From NCBI GenBank assembly GCA_041740355.1, contig JBGSMD010000002.1, positions 1 through 64,000 on the forward strand: 64,000 bases of DNA, given 5' to 3'. Under the pieces are notes generated by a model. That model was not told where the DNA came from, ran no database searches, and was given only the letters and a program-made list of their open reading frames with translations. Numbering within the stretch: position 1 is the first letter of the stretch; the number at the start of each line of letters is the position of its first letter. A program made the position numbers and the translations under genes. This DNA comes from Bdellovibrionota bacterium (GTDB lineage: Bacteria > Bdellovibrionota_C > UBA2361 > CALJRW01). This document shows, piece by piece, positions 48,887 to 61,067 of the stretch.

Positions 48887-49861
48887 ATGAAAAGTGACCA
48901 ATTAAGGACACCGAAACATTTACTAGGTTTAGAATATATCACGTCAGATGATTTTTTTAAGATAATTAATAATTCCTTGGCGCTTGCCGAAATATCTTCT
49001 CGCGATATTAAAAAAACACCCGCACTTCGTGGAAAAACAATTATTAATTTTTTCTGCGAACCAAGCACTCGCACAAGAACTAGCTTCGAAATTGCTGGCA
49101 AATGGTTGTCGGCTGATACTATAAACGTTACTGCCGCAGATAGTTCCTTTAAAAAAGGGGAGTCATTTGTTGATACAATTAAAACTCTACAAGCGATGCA
49201 TCCCGATGCGATAGTGGTTCGTCATCAAGATGGTGGAATTCCAAACCTAATGGCTAAACATCTAAAAAATGTAGCAATTCTAAATGCTGGTGACGGTACT
49301 CACGAACATCCAACACAAGCTTTATTAGATTGCGTTAGTCTAATCCAACACTATGGTCTGGGGGTGGATGGTCTTCGCAATAAAACAATCGCGATTGTTG
49401 GAGACGTTCTGCATTCTCGTGTAGTTCGAAGTAATCTTTGGGCTCATTATTTACTTGGTAATAAAGTTAAGCTTGTTGGACCAAGTACCTTAGTACCTAA
49501 AGAATTTGAGCAAATCACTCCTGGTAATGTTTCAGTTCACCATGATTTAAAATCTGGAGTGGAAGGTGCGGACATTGTGATGTGCCTTCGGTTACAACTT
49601 GAGCGTCAAAATAATTTTTTTATTCCGAATGCTCAAGAATATACAAATCAGTATTTCGTAAGTCGTAAATTATTAAATCAATATGCTAATTCAAACTATG
49701 TAGTGATGCACCCTGGTCCAATTAACCGTGGAATTGAAGTTGAAACAGATTTAATTGATTCCAATTCATCTTTAGTTGAAAGTCAGATATCAGCGGGACT
49801 TGCCGTAAGAATGGCTTGTTTAATTCGATCCTGTATTGGAGAAGAGACGATTGCAAGTTAA
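48887..49861 (+). CDS. pyrB: Aspartate carbamoyltransferase catalytic subunit
   Basis: EPSTRTRTSFE, NAGDG.HEHPTQALLD, LRLQLER, MHPGP. Confidence 0.96.
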   Translation: MKSDQLRTPKHLLGLEYITSDDFFKIINNSLALAEISSRDIKKTPALRGKTIINFFCEPSTRTRTSFEIAGKWLSADTINVTAADSSFKKGESFVDTIKTLQAMHPDAIVVRHQDGGIPNLMAKHLKNVAILNAGDGTHEHPTQALLDCVSLIQHYGLGVDGLRNKTIAIVGDVLHSRVVRSNLWAHYLLGNKVKLVGPSTLVPKEFEQITPGNVSVHHDLKSGVEGADIVMCLRLQLERQNNFFIPNAQEYTNQYFVSRKLLNQYANSNYVVMHPGPINRGIEVETDLIDSNSSLVESQISAGLAVRMACLIRSCIGEETIAS

Positions 49862-49886
49862 GGAATTTATTGTTTAAGAATAGAGA

Positions 49887-51188
49887 ATGGTTCAGAAAAA
49901 TAAAATTTTAATAAAGCATGCTCGGGTCATTGATCCTGATTCAAAAACAGATGCTATTCTTGATGTTCTTATTGAAGACTCACAAATTAAAGCTGTTGAA
50001 AAACCAGGTACTCTAAGCTCTGGAACCGACACAAATACAATTGATGGAAGTAATCATTGGTTAATTCCGGGATTAATTGATCTTCATGTCCATTTACGAG
50101 AACCTGGTCAAGAATGGAAAGAAACAATTCATAGTGGTTGTCAGGCGGCGATTAGTGGGGGATACACGACGGTTTGTGCCATGCCAAATACCAAGCCAGT
50201 TAATGATTGTATCGAGATTACTAAGTATATTAAAGAAAAAGCAGCTCAAGCTAACCTAGCCAAAGTTATTCCTATTGGTGCTGTTTCTCATAATTTAGAA
50301 GGTAAGCAGATGTCCTCGCTTTCAGAGCTATATCAAGCAGGATGTTTAGCATTTTCTGACGATGGACAACCAATTTATGACTCCGGTTTAATGCGTCGAG
50401 CTCTAGAATGGTGTCGTATGACAGATGCCGTTATTTGCTGTCATGAAGAAGATAAGTGCCTTAGTTGCGGAGGCGCAATGAACGAGTCAGCATTATCTTA
50501 TAAGTTAGGACTTCCGGGAATGTCGACCATAGCGGAAGATGTCATGGTTGCTAGAGATATAGAATTAGCAAGATTTACAGGTGGCCGAGTTCATATCTGT
50601 CACATTTCTAGTGAACGGGGAGTTGAACTAATTCGCCGTGCAAAAAATGATGGAATCAATATTACCTGCGAAGTTACTCCTCACCATCTAACTTTGAATG
50701 AAGACTGCTTAGCGGACTATGATACTAATTACAAAATGAGCCCACCACTTCGTTCTGAAGCTACTAGACAAGCTTTGATTGCAGGAATTAAAGATGGAAC
50801 TATTGATTGTATAGCTAGCGATCATGCTCCTCATGAATTTGATAGTAAAAATACTTCTTTTCCTCAAGCATCGATGGGGATCTTAGGTTTACAAACAAGC
50901 TTGCCACTGATGTTAGAGTTTTGTGAACAAAAAATTATTACTCCACTTCAATTAGTTAGCCTACTTGCTACAAATCCAGCAAAGATTTTTAAATTAGAGC
51001 AGGGTCGAATCAAGGTTGGTGCTCCAGCCGATCTGGTTCTGCTTAATCCAACGAAAGAATGGGCATTCACTCGTGAAAATAATCTTTCCAAAAGTTTTAA
51101 CAGTCCTTTTTTAAATCGAACTCTTAAGGGGGAGTGTTCGGTTGTGATGGTTGATGGTCAAATCAAAACACTAGTAAATGATAAATAA
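49887..51188 (+). CDS. pyrC: Dihydroorotase
   Basis: DLHVHLREPG, MPNT.P, HICHIS, EVTPHHL, SDHAPH. Confidence 0.95.
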   Translation: MVQKNKILIKHARVIDPDSKTDAILDVLIEDSQIKAVEKPGTLSSGTDTNTIDGSNHWLIPGLIDLHVHLREPGQEWKETIHSGCQAAISGGYTTVCAMPNTKPVNDCIEITKYIKEKAAQANLAKVIPIGAVSHNLEGKQMSSLSELYQAGCLAFSDDGQPIYDSGLMRRALEWCRMTDAVICCHEEDKCLSCGGAMNESALSYKLGLPGMSTIAEDVMVARDIELARFTGGRVHICHISSERGVELIRRAKNDGINITCEVTPHHLTLNEDCLADYDTNYKMSPPLRSEATRQALIAGIKDGTIDCIASDHAPHEFDSKNTSFPQASMGILGLQTSLPLMLEFCEQKIITPLQLVSLLATNPAKIFKLEQGRIKVGAPADLVLLNPTKEWAFTRENNLSKSFNSPFLNRTLKGECSVVMVDGQIKTLVNDK

Positions 51189-52341
51189 TATGAAAAATAA
51201 AGCTATCCTTGTCTTAGCAGATGGTCGTCACTTCGAAGGTGAATCTTTTGGGGCAGATATTAGCTCTGACAATCCAATTGTAGGAGAAGTGGTCTTTAAT
51301 ACTTCCATGTTTGGCTATCAAGAAATCATTACTGACCCAAGTTATGCTGGGCAAATCATGTGCTTTACAACAGCACAGATTGGCAATGTTGGTTGCAACG
51401 AAGAAGATGTGGAATCAAAAAAAGTTCACGCTATGGGCGTGATAGTCAAAAATTACTCCGATTTCTACTCTAATTTTCGTGCTAAAGAATCCTTAAGCAG
51501 TTACTTAAAGAAAAATAATATTCCAGGAATTGCCAAGATTGATACCCGGGCATTAGTCCAACACCTTCGAGATAATGGCTCACAAATGGGGGCTATTGCT
51601 TGTGGTGAAAATATTGATCTTGAAAAATTACTCGCTAAAGCAAAATTAGCTGGTAGCATGGAAGGCAAGAATTATGTTCGTGCCGTTAGTTGCACTGAAC
51701 CTTACACTTGGTCACAGCTTCCATGGGATTCAACATCTAATGCTTATCCTGAATTACTAAAAACAGAATTATTAAAGCGTCCTCACTTAGTAGCCTTAGA
51801 TTTTGGAATTAAATTTAATATCCTCAGACTTCTAACACAAATTGGATTTAGAGTTACTGTATTACCAGCTTATAGTTCAGCAAAAGAGATTCGTGATCAT
51901 AATCCGGATGCCGTGTTTCTTTCCAATGGACCGGGTGATCCCGCAACACTCTTAGAAATTGTGGCCGTCACTAAAGAGCTGATTTCAGAGTTACCAATTT
52001 TTGGAATTTGCCTTGGTCATCAAATTCTTTGCCAAGCACTTGGTGGAAAAACTTATAAGTTAAAATTTGGTCACCGTGGTGGAAATCATCCTGTTCTAGA
52101 TTGTATAACTAAGAAAGTTGAGATTACTTCTCAGAATCACGGATTTGCTGTGAAACAAGATAGCTTGGGTAAGAATGTGTTAATTAGTCACGTCAACTTA
52201 AATGACAACACAGTGGAAGGATTAGCTGATGCCAACTTAAAAGTATTCTCAGTACAATACCATCCCGAAGCTTCGCCTGGTCCACATGATTCAAATTACC
52301 TTTTTCAAAATTTTTATAATTTAGTAGTAGAAAATGCCTAA
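51178..52341 (+). CDS. carA: Carbamoyl-phosphate synthase small subunit
   Basis: [37 protein letters not shown]; start may be 51190. Confidence 0.96.
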   Translation: MINNMKNKAILVLADGRHFEGESFGADISSDNPIVGEVVFNTSMFGYQEIITDPSYAGQIMCFTTAQIGNVGCNEEDVESKKVHAMGVIVKNYSDFYSNFRAKESLSSYLKKNNIPGIAKIDTRALVQHLRDNGSQMGAIACGENIDLEKLLAKAKLAGSMEGKNYVRAVSCTEPYTWSQLPWDSTSNAYPELLKTELLKRPHLVALDFGIKFNILRLLTQIGFRVTVLPAYSSAKEIRDHNPDAVFLSNGPGDPATLLEIVAVTKELISELPIFGICLGHQILCQALGGKTYKLKFGHRGGNHPVLDCITKKVEITSQNHGFAVKQDSLGKNVLISHVNLNDNTVEGLADANLKVFSVQYHPEASPGPHDSNYLFQNFYNLVVENA

Positions 52342-55300
52342 AAGAACTGACTTAAAATCGATTTTAATTATCGGCTCTGGTCCAATTGTAATTGGACAAG
52401 CCTGTGAGTTTGATTATTCTGGCGCTCAAGCAATTAAAGCTTTAAAGGAAGAAGGCTATCGAGTAATTCTCGTTAATTCTAATCCAGCAACAATCATGAC
52501 AGATCCGGATTTTGCCGATGCTGTTTATCTTGAGCCAATCACGCCAGAGTTTGTTAAAAAAGTAATCGCTAAGGAACGTCCATGTGCTGTTTTACCAACA
52601 ATGGGCGGTCAAACTGCGCTTAACATCGCAATTGAACTTGATGAACAAGGAGTCTTTAAAGAATTCAACTGCGAATTAATCGGTGCCAAGATTCCTTCAA
52701 TTAAGATGGCGGAAGACCGTAAACTTTTTCGTGATGCCATGGATGAAATTGGCTTGGAATCAGCCAAGAGTTTCGTTGTTCACTCTGTTAATGAAGCTAA
52801 GGATCTTATCTCACAGATCGGTTATCCGATGGTGCTTAGGCCATCTCGAACATTAGGGGGTACTGGTGGTGGAATTGTTCGTAATGAACAAGAGTTACAA
52901 GCAAAAGTGCATATGGCACTTTCTGCAAGTCCTAACCATGAAGTCTTAATTGAAGAGTCACTCTTAGGTTGGAAAGAAATTGAATTAGAAGTAATGCGTG
53001 ATCTTAATGATAACGTTGTGATTATTTGCTCTATTGAAAACTTAGATCCGATGGGAGTTCACACCGGAGATTCTATTACTGTTGCTCCAATTCAAACCTT
53101 AACTGATAAAGAATATCAGGTTCTTCGTGATGCCTCGATTAAAGTTATTCGTAAGATTGGGGTTGATACTGGGGGTTCTAACGTACAGTTCGCAATAAAC
53201 CCTGTAGATGGTCGTGTAATTGTAATTGAAATGAATCCACGAGTATCACGAAGCTCAGCTTTAGCATCCAAAGCAACGGGTTTTCCTATCGCTAAAATTG
53301 CGGCCAAACTTGCTGTAGGTTATTCACTTGATGAAATCCCAAATGATATTACTAAAGAAACACCAGCCAGTTTCGAACCAGCTATTGATTATGTAGTTGT
53401 TAAAATTCCTCGATTTAATTTTGAAAAATTCCCCTTGGCTGAAGCAGTCCTTGGTACTCAGATGAAATCTGTTGGAGAGGTGATGGCCTTTGGTAGTAGT
53501 TTTGGAGAAGCTCTTCAAAAAGCACTTTGCAGTATGGAAATTAATTCCTCTGGATTTGATCGAGAGAATCTAGTTGTTGGACTTGATCAGCAAGACATTC
53601 TTTTAAAAACAGCAATTCCTTCGCCCGACCGAATTTATTATTTAGCGGAAGCGCTTAGAGCAGGTGCAACAATTTCTGAAATATATCAGATTTCGGCGGT
53701 GGATCCTTGGTTCTTAAATGAAATAAAACAAATTATTGATTGCGAAATGGAACTAGCTGTTAAGCCATTAGAGACCATTTCTGCGGAGAAACTTTGGAGT
53801 TTGAAGCAAAAAGGTTTTTCTGATGAGCGTCTAGCTACATTACTAAAAGTTTCAGAACACACTTTTCGTGATTACCGAAAAAAATTGGCAGTCATTCCTA
53901 ACTTTAAAGCTGTTGATACCTGTGCCGCTGAGTTTAAAGCTAACACACCCTATTTATATTCTAGCTACGAGCAAACCGAAGATGCACCTCCAAGTAACAA
54001 CAAGAAGGTGTTGATACTTGGTTCAGGCCCAAACCGAATTGGACAAGGCATTGAGTTTGATTATTGCTGTGTCCATGCTGTTCAAGCTTTGCGCAGTGCT
54101 GGTTATGAAACAATCATGCTTAATTGTAATCCAGAAACAGTTTCTACCGACTATGACACTGCCGATCGTTTATACTTCGAACCATTAACTTTAGAGTCAG
54201 TTTTAAATGTAATTGATCGCGAAAAACCTTTTGGTGTGATAGTTCAATTTGGTGGCCAAACCCCCTTAAAACTAGCTAGAGATCTTAAGAATGTAGGCGT
54301 AAATATTATTGGAACATCCGTTGAGTCAATTGAGCTGGCCGAGGATCGTGAATTATTTTCTAGCCTAATTACTAAGCTAAATTTAAAACAACCAGAATTT
54401 GCTACGGTTAGAACTTTAGATGAAGCATTAGCTGCCGCCGAACGTATTTCTTATCCTTTGATGATTCGTCCTTCATTTGTTTTAGGCGGAAGAGCCATGA
54501 GAGTTGTTTTTACTGATCAAGACTTAATTCACTATATGAATGAGTCCGTAGAAGTTTCTCAAAACAGACCTATCTTAATCGATCGATATTTACATAATGC
54601 TATTGAGGTAGACGTTGACTTAGTCTCTGATGGACAGGAAGTAATAATTGCAGGAATTATGGAGCATATTGAACGAGCTGGCATCCATTCCGGAGATAGT
54701 TCTAGTTGTTTACCTCCACCAACATTAAAGCCTGTGATTATAAATGAACTTAAAGCTTTTGCTACGGCACTGGCCAAGGAATTAAAAGTTATTGGTTTAA
54801 TGAACGCTCAGTTTGCCGTTACTAAAGAACAAGAAATTTTTATTATCGAAGCAAATCCGAGGGCTTCTAGAACTATACCATTCGTTAGTAAAGCTACTGG
54901 AACTCCATGGGCTAAAGTTGCCGCACTCACAATGGTTCAAAAAACTTTAAGAGAACAAGAAATTACAGAACCATTACATGATAAATATTTTGCAGTTAAA
55001 GCCAGTGTTTTTCCATTCTCCAAATTTCCAGGAGTAGACACCATTCTTGGGCCTGAGATGAAATCTACTGGAGAAGTTATGGGAATTGATATTTCTTTTC
55101 CGGCAGCATTTGCTAAAGCTCAAGTTGCTGTCGGGAATTTATTACCAACCGTGGGAAAAGTTTTTTTAAGTTTAATGGATGCTGATAAACCTGAGGCTCA
55201 AAATTTAATTGAATTACTAAAAGCAACTAATTTTAAAATAGTAGCCACAAAAGGTACAGCTAAATATCTTAACTCAGTTGGGCTAGAAGCAGATTCAATT

Positions 55301-55546
55301 AATAAGGTAAGAGAAGGTTCCCCACATATTGTCGAAGAATTGGAGTCGGGAAGTATTGCCTTAGTAATTAATACACCAGAAGGTCCTGCGCCAATGCTTG
55401 ATTCTCGCTCAATTCGCTTAGTCGCTAACGAACAAAGGGTTCCAACATTTACCACAATTGCAGCTGCGGAAGCTGCCTTGCAATCAATAAAATCCTTACA
55501 AGACGATCATAATGTGGAAGTTCGTGCTATAAAAAGCTACTATTAA
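52334..55546 (+). CDS. carB: Carbamoyl-phosphate synthase large subunit
   Basis: [23 protein letters not shown], duplicated ATP-grasp halves, C-terminal MGS domain. Confidence 0.98.
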   Translation: MPKRTDLKSILIIGSGPIVIGQACEFDYSGAQAIKALKEEGYRVILVNSNPATIMTDPDFADAVYLEPITPEFVKKVIAKERPCAVLPTMGGQTALNIAIELDEQGVFKEFNCELIGAKIPSIKMAEDRKLFRDAMDEIGLESAKSFVVHSVNEAKDLISQIGYPMVLRPSRTLGGTGGGIVRNEQELQAKVHMALSASPNHEVLIEESLLGWKEIELEVMRDLNDNVVIICSIENLDPMGVHTGDSITVAPIQTLTDKEYQVLRDASIKVIRKIGVDTGGSNVQFAINPVDGRVIVIEMNPRVSRSSALASKATGFPIAKIAAKLAVGYSLDEIPNDITKETPASFEPAIDYVVVKIPRFNFEKFPLAEAVLGTQMKSVGEVMAFGSSFGEALQKALCSMEINSSGFDRENLVVGLDQQDILLKTAIPSPDRIYYLAEALRAGATISEIYQISAVDPWFLNEIKQIIDCEMELAVKPLETISAEKLWSLKQKGFSDERLATLLKVSEHTFRDYRKKLAVIPNFKAVDTCAAEFKANTPYLYSSYEQTEDAPPSNNKKVLILGSGPNRIGQGIEFDYCCVHAVQALRSAGYETIMLNCNPETVSTDYDTADRLYFEPLTLESVLNVIDREKPFGVIVQFGGQTPLKLARDLKNVGVNIIGTSVESIELAEDRELFSSLITKLNLKQPEFATVRTLDEALAAAERISYPLMIRPSFVLGGRAMRVVFTDQDLIHYMNESVEVSQNRPILIDRYLHNAIEVDVDLVSDGQEVIIAGIMEHIERAGIHSGDSSSCLPPPTLKPVIINELKAFATALAKELKVIGLMNAQFAVTKEQEIFIIEANPRASRTIPFVSKATGTPWAKVAALTMVQKTLREQEITEPLHDKYFAVKASVFPFSKFPGVDTILGPEMKSTGEVMGIDISFPAAFAKAQVAVGNLLPTVGKVFLSLMDADKPEAQNLIELLKATNFKIVATKGTAKYLNSVGLEADSINKVREGSPHIVEELESGSIALVINTPEGPAPMLDSRSIRLVANEQRVPTFTTIAAAEAALQSIKSLQDDHNVEVRAIKSYY

Positions 55547-55633
55547 GTTAAGCTAAATCTGACCCCATTTTTTTATGTCCGAGAGAGAAACTCTAAGACA
55601 GGCAATATTTTATATCACTATAGAAACATTATT

Positions 55634-56107
55634 ATGAAATTTCCGATAACACCAAAGGGTCTTGAAAAGATTAAACATGAGCTTGTTGAGATGAAAGCTC
55701 AACGACCAATTATCGCCGAAGAGATTGCTACAGCTCGTGGCCATGGAGATCTCTCCGAGAATGCTGATTATGATGCCGCCCGCGAAAAATCTGGAATGCT
55801 GGAAGCAAGAATTAGAGATTATGAAGCTAGGATAGGGAATGCTGAAGTAATCGATCCAAGCCTACTAAAAGATTACACTAAGGTTGTTTTTGGAGTTACA
55901 GTTAAACTAGAAGAAATTAATTCTGGTGAAAGCAAGACTGTTACTATTTTAGGATCTTCCGAAAGCGATACTAGTAAAGGTATTATTTCTTATGATACCC
56001 CCTTGGCTAAAGCTTTAATTGGCAAGTCTGTTGGTGAGATTGCCGAAATTCGTCTGCCTGCGGGCCTTCGTGAATATGAAATAATTGAAATAACAGTAGC
56101 TGTATGA
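55634..56107 (+). CDS. greA: Transcription elongation factor GreA
   Basis: ARGHGDLSENADYDAA, ISYDTPLAKALIGK. Confidence 0.94.
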   Translation: MKFPITPKGLEKIKHELVEMKAQRPIIAEEIATARGHGDLSENADYDAAREKSGMLEARIRDYEARIGNAEVIDPSLLKDYTKVVFGVTVKLEEINSGESKTVTILGSSESDTSKGIISYDTPLAKALIGKSVGEIAEIRLPAGLREYEIIEITVAV

Positions 56108-57903
56108 TTTCACCCGAAACGATTGAAAAAGTTAAAGACATCAGTATCGTTGATTTGATATCCGAAACTGTTTCATTAAAAAGGGCCGGAAATAACTTTA
56201 CCGGACTTTGCCCTTTTCATAATGAAAAATCTCCTTCTTTCCATGTTAAAGCCGAACAAGATTTCTTTCATTGCTTTGGTTGTGGCGAGTCTGGAAATGC
56301 AATTTCATTTGCGATGAAGACTCAAAATTTAAGTTTCCCAGAAGCTATTGAATACCTTGCCAATAAATTTAATATTCCTATTGTTTATACTAATACAACA
56401 ACTTCGCAAGCTGGTAACTCTAAAAACGATCTTTATAAAATCAATGCCTTGGCCTACGAATTTTTCCAAGAGCAACTTAAGAATTCTCCAGCAGTAGTTA
56501 GAAACTATATTGATAAAAGACAATTACTTCCGGAAGCTATTAAGAAATTTACAGTTGGTTATGCACCTGCCGAATGGGGGATGCTGCATCAGTTTTTACT
56601 CTCACGCAAAGTTGATCCAAAAATCCTGATGGAATCAGCCCTCGTCAAAAGAAACTCGTCCGGAAAGTATTATGATACCTTTCGCGATCGCTTAATATTT
56701 CCAATTTGGGTTGATAATTCACGTATTGCTGGTTTTGGTGGAAGAATTATCACAGAAGATCCAAATAACCCGCAAGCGAAATACCTTAATTCGCCCGAGA
56801 CAAAAGTCTACCAAAAAAGTCAGATCTTTTATGGATTACCTCAAGCCCTAAATGCTATTAAAACTGAGAAAAAAGTCTACATTGTAGAAGGCTATTTGGA
56901 TGTAATCGCCTTACACCAAGTCAATGTTTGTAATGTAATTGCTACCTGTGGCACAGCTCTTACTGAGCAACACGTAAAAAAACTTGGTGGCCTTGCCACA
57001 CAAGTACAATTGCTATTTGACGGGGATTCAGCAGGACAAGCTGCCGCTGCTAAGTGCTTTCCACAGATGATTAATTTTGAAGCCGATATTGCTGTATTAT
57101 TCTTGCCTGATCAGCAAGATCCTGATGATTTTGCCAAGCTACATAAGAACAATACTTTTACCGAATTAGGTAAGTTAACATCTAAGTCTTTGATGGAATG
57201 TTACCTGGACGATCAAGTTAAAAAGCAAGGCTATGAAGGACGTAGTGCCCTTGGTGCAGTAATTAAGAGTAAGCTAGCTGAGCAGGTCAATAAGATTATT
57301 GGTCAAAATACTAACCCGATAGTTCGTACCGAATTACAAAAACAACTACAATTTCTACTTAACCTTAAATTGACTGACCTAACTTCTCATCCAATTTCCC
57401 CAGAGATTATCTTTCAAGAAGAGCTAAATGATTCTCAGACAAGTAACGTCATTCCTAAAATTGAGGATTTGGATTATTTAAATCGCGACATCTTAAAATT
57501 TGCGATTATAAAGAAAGGGGAAGCTTGTCGCTTAATCCTAAATAATTCGAGCTTGGCACAACACTTAGATTCTAATGTTAGCAATTTTATTGCCAGTGTC
57601 CTAGAAATCGATCAGGATCAAAGTTCTGACCTAAACCAAAGAAAGAATGAGCTAAAATCACTATTAGATTTGTATCCTATTTCATGGACCGAGTTCTGGA
57701 AATTAGGCTCAAAACAGGCAGCTGATACTACTTTTAATGCCGAACAGCTCTATAAGCAAATCCTGCAAGAGGTAAAGAAACGCCCTTGGAAACAGCAAAT
57801 AAGCTTGTTAGAAACCCAAATTAAAAATGCCCATAGCGAAGATGATAAAACTAAATTAGCCACGGAATTGATAGAGGCTAATAAGATTCTTAGAAAACTT
57901 TAA
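56104..57903 (+). CDS. dnaG: DNA primase
   Basis: CPFHNEKSPSF..FHCFGCG zinc finger, AKYLNSPET, VEGYLD, FDGDSAG, DPDD. Confidence 0.96.
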   Translation: MISPETIEKVKDISIVDLISETVSLKRAGNNFTGLCPFHNEKSPSFHVKAEQDFFHCFGCGESGNAISFAMKTQNLSFPEAIEYLANKFNIPIVYTNTTTSQAGNSKNDLYKINALAYEFFQEQLKNSPAVVRNYIDKRQLLPEAIKKFTVGYAPAEWGMLHQFLLSRKVDPKILMESALVKRNSSGKYYDTFRDRLIFPIWVDNSRIAGFGGRIITEDPNNPQAKYLNSPETKVYQKSQIFYGLPQALNAIKTEKKVYIVEGYLDVIALHQVNVCNVIATCGTALTEQHVKKLGGLATQVQLLFDGDSAGQAAAAKCFPQMINFEADIAVLFLPDQQDPDDFAKLHKNNTFTELGKLTSKSLMECYLDDQVKKQGYEGRSALGAVIKSKLAEQVNKIIGQNTNPIVRTELQKQLQFLLNLKLTDLTSHPISPEIIFQEELNDSQTSNVIPKIEDLDYLNRDILKFAIIKKGEACRLILNNSSLAQHLDSNVSNFIASVLEIDQDQSSDLNQRKNELKSLLDLYPISWTEFWKLGSKQAADTTFNAEQLYKQILQEVKKRPWKQQISLLETQIKNAHSEDDKTKLATELIEANKILRKL

Positions 57904-58153
57904 ATTCAATCAAAAGCTGATTAATAGCTTCAAATCCTTGATATAAAAATAGCTCAGTATAGCCTTCCCCAAAATGCCCATAAACTTGACGAATTGCTGA
58001 AACTTTTACAATAAGCTATAAACTTTAGCCTTAATACTAAGAGTAAATAACCAGTTAATTTCATGACTTCGTTGTAGTTTTGGAATGAAAATTATTCTGC
58101 TTGGCTCTTAGTTGCAATCTAGCGTTTGCTAAATAATTTAGGAGTTTTATTCC

Positions 58154-60223
58154 GTGCCCAAAGTAAAAACTAATCAGAAATTAAATAAAAGCAAAAAGGT
58201 TAGCCCACCTAAAAAAATCTCAACAAAACAAAGACAAGTAATCAGTAAAGTAGCTAAAATAAAAAAAGCTAAAGGTTCTGGTTCTGTTCAAAAAGCTCAA
58301 GATCAGAAAGCTAATCGTTCAAATAAACTAGATCAACTTGTAGCTCAGGCTAACGAAGATAATAAAAATATTTCTCTTACTGAAACTAAAGAGGCTATGC
58401 AAAAGTTAATTGTTGCTGGTCGAGAGAAAGGATCTCTTAGTATGAAAGAGATTGATAAATTACTTCCTGATGATTTAGTTTCCAAAGACAACGTAGAAGA
58501 AGTTACTTCTATTTTTGATGACTATAATATTGATATTGTAGATAAGGAAGCTGAAGAACCAGCAACGGACGATGAGGGACCATTCAATATCGATCAAGAC
58601 ATGGAAACTTCGGCCATTGGCAAAAGTAGCGATCCGGTCAGAATGTATTTACGTGAAATGGGTAATGTTAATCTTCTAACCAGAGAAGGTGAAGTTACAA
58701 TTGCTAAGAAGATCGAAGAAGGTTTACTGACAGCCTCTGATGTTATTCTTCATCAACCAATAACGCTTAATTACATTGTGGATCTGTTTGAAAAAGCAAA
58801 GCGCCAAGAAATCCGGATGCGTGATATTTTTGCAAATGAAACAGAAGAAGAAGGCGTTGAAGGTGCTTCGCCAGAAGGAGAAGACGATGCTGAAGATCCA
58901 GTAGCAGACGCCGACGATGATCCCAACATGTCCCGAGCCGAAACTCTAGCGATCGAAGAAGAGCAAGTACGTAAGAAATTTTTAAAACTTGCTCCAACTT
59001 TCAAAAGAGCTTGGCTGGAACTGGAGAAGACTTACCAAGAGATTTGCAAGTTTAAAGGGACAAAGAATTCCCGAAAATTACCTGAATTAGAAAGGAAATA
59101 TTACCGATCTCTAGATAAGATTGCAGTAAAGATTAAAGATCTTAATATCAGTGAACGTCAATACATTCAAATCTCGTCTTTGATCAAAGCAACTTACTCT
59201 GAATTTAGACTTTCTCAAAAAGAACTAATCAAGATTGAGAAAAAGTATGCTAGATCGCCGGAAGATCTTTTCTTATCACTAAAAGAACTTAACTCTACCA
59301 ACCAAATTGATTTTAAAAGAGCTTGTCGCCGTTTAAAGCTAAAAGCGGAGAACGCACGAAAACTTGCTACTAAAATTGAGGAGATTAAGGAGGTTTACGA
59401 TCGAATCGAAGCAAAAACTTTAATGAATTTGGTCGAGTTTGCTACTCAAGTTAGAATTTTAAAAAGTTCTCAATTAAAAGCAGCTATTGCCAAACAAGAG
59501 TTAGTTGAAGCAAATTTAAGATTAGTAGTTTCGATTGCTAAAAAATATACCAACCGTGGCTTACAGTTTTTGGATTTAATCCAAGAAGGTAACATCGGAT
59601 TAATGAAAGCGGTTGATAAGTTTGAGTACCAGCGTGGGTACAAATTTTCAACTTATGCCACTTGGTGGATTCGTCAAGCAATCACTAGAGCAATCGCCGA
59701 CCAAGCTAGGATTATCCGAATCCCAGTCCACATGATTGAAACAATCAATAAATTAGTTCGAACTTCCAGACAGTTAGTTCATGAATTAGGTCGCGAACCT
59801 ACTCCGGAAGAGATTGCCCAAAGAATGGATATTCCTACGGAAAAAGTTCGTAAGGTAATGAAGATTTCCAAAGAGCCAATCTCCTTGGAGACACCAATTG
59901 GGGAAGAAGATGACTCTTCCTTAGGTGATTTCATTGAGGATAAACGTTCAATTTCTCCGGCAACAGCAGTTGTTAACCTTAACTTACAAGAACAAACTCG
60001 TCGAGTATTATCTAGCCTTACCCCACGTGAGGAAAAAGTACTTAGAATGCGTTTTGGAATTGGAGAAAAGAGCGATCATACACTGGAAGAAGTTGGACAA
60101 AATTTTGATGTTACCCGTGAAAGGATTCGTCAAATTGAGGCTAAAGCCTTAAGAAAACTTCGCCATCCAACTAGAAGCAAAAAGTTAAAAACTTTCTATG
60201 AAGAAGAAGAGAATAATAGCTAA
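58154..60223 (+). CDS. rpoD: RNA polymerase primary sigma factor
   Basis: [57 protein letters not shown]; Lys-rich N-terminal extension. Confidence 0.97.
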   Translation: MPKVKTNQKLNKSKKVSPPKKISTKQRQVISKVAKIKKAKGSGSVQKAQDQKANRSNKLDQLVAQANEDNKNISLTETKEAMQKLIVAGREKGSLSMKEIDKLLPDDLVSKDNVEEVTSIFDDYNIDIVDKEAEEPATDDEGPFNIDQDMETSAIGKSSDPVRMYLREMGNVNLLTREGEVTIAKKIEEGLLTASDVILHQPITLNYIVDLFEKAKRQEIRMRDIFANETEEEGVEGASPEGEDDAEDPVADADDDPNMSRAETLAIEEEQVRKKFLKLAPTFKRAWLELEKTYQEICKFKGTKNSRKLPELERKYYRSLDKIAVKIKDLNISERQYIQISSLIKATYSEFRLSQKELIKIEKKYARSPEDLFLSLKELNSTNQIDFKRACRRLKLKAENARKLATKIEEIKEVYDRIEAKTLMNLVEFATQVRILKSSQLKAAIAKQELVEANLRLVVSIAKKYTNRGLQFLDLIQEGNIGLMKAVDKFEYQRGYKFSTYATWWIRQAITRAIADQARIIRIPVHMIETINKLVRTSRQLVHELGREPTPEEIAQRMDIPTEKVRKVMKISKEPISLETPIGEEDDSSLGDFIEDKRSISPATAVVNLNLQEQTRRVLSSLTPREEKVLRMRFGIGEKSDHTLEEVGQNFDVTRERIRQIEAKALRKLRHPTRSKKLKTFYEEEENNS

Positions 60224-60764
60224 ACTTTTTCTGCTAACGCAGATTTGTAGCTTTTGGGCTTGTGGTTTATACAAGGCTCCATTAGCACCTGAATACTTTG
60301 CACCACTAGAAGTAAACGAACTGTTAGTGGCTGCGGAAGATCAAAAAGTAATTATTACTTGGAGAGCGTCAGAGCAAGATCGTCGCAATGAAAATCTCAA
60401 ACAGATCGATGGTTATCGAGTAGAAAGAAAAGGTCCGATTAAAGATACAAATAAAAAATCCGAATTTGATTACGAGGAATTAACTTTTATTCCTGACCAG
60501 CATTTAGCTATTGAAAGGGAATTAAAAGATCAGGCTATCGAGAAAGGGGAAATCTCACGTAAGGTAAAAGCAGAAGATCGATATTACAGCTTTAGTTTTG
60601 AGGATTCTAAATTGGAAAAAGGAGCGACTTATTTTTATAAGATCACTCCTATAAATCAAGGTGATGTTAAGGGACAAGTGAAGCAACTAATAGTGATTGA
60701 GTTTAATGGTATCGAGAGTAAGGTTATCCTGATTGAGCCAGATATCGAAGAGCTGGAACAATAG
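60198..60764 (+). CDS. Putative lipoprotein with fibronectin type III-like fold
   Basis: Basic N-terminus and FWAC lipobox; [24 protein letters not shown]. Confidence 0.65.
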   Translation: MKKKRIIAKLFLLTQICSFWACGLYKAPLAPEYFAPLEVNELLVAAEDQKVIITWRASEQDRRNENLKQIDGYRVERKGPIKDTNKKSEFDYEELTFIPDQHLAIERELKDQAIEKGEISRKVKAEDRYYSFSFEDSKLEKGATYFYKITPINQGDVKGQVKQLIVIEFNGIESKVILIEPDIEELEQ

Positions 60765-61067
60765 GAGTCTAAAAACCACCATTTCTCAATAAGCGTTTAG
60801 GATTTTTTAGAGGTCGAATTAAGAAATTTTGCCAAAACGTAGGTGTACCTTGTTCTCCTCCTTTGAAAACGCCTATGATTAAAGTCAGCAATAGCAAAAA
60901 TGCTTTGCATATCAAAAGGTGATAATTTATACAGCAGACTGTCTCGACATAGCTTTAGCTACTGCAGAAGTATTTTCTTAGTTTTTTTCTTTTGAAAACT
61001 GCCCAAGGCTAGACGGTTACACATTTTCACTCTTTAATAAATTAAAATTATAGGTTAGATTCATCTT

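Noticed and set aside
57986-58012. TTGACG...TACAAT promoter for rpoD
   Set aside because: 15-nt spacer is too short to call
58154-58330. Lys-rich N-terminal extension of RpoD as a novelty
   Set aside because: Basic low-complexity extensions are common in primary sigma factors of several phyla
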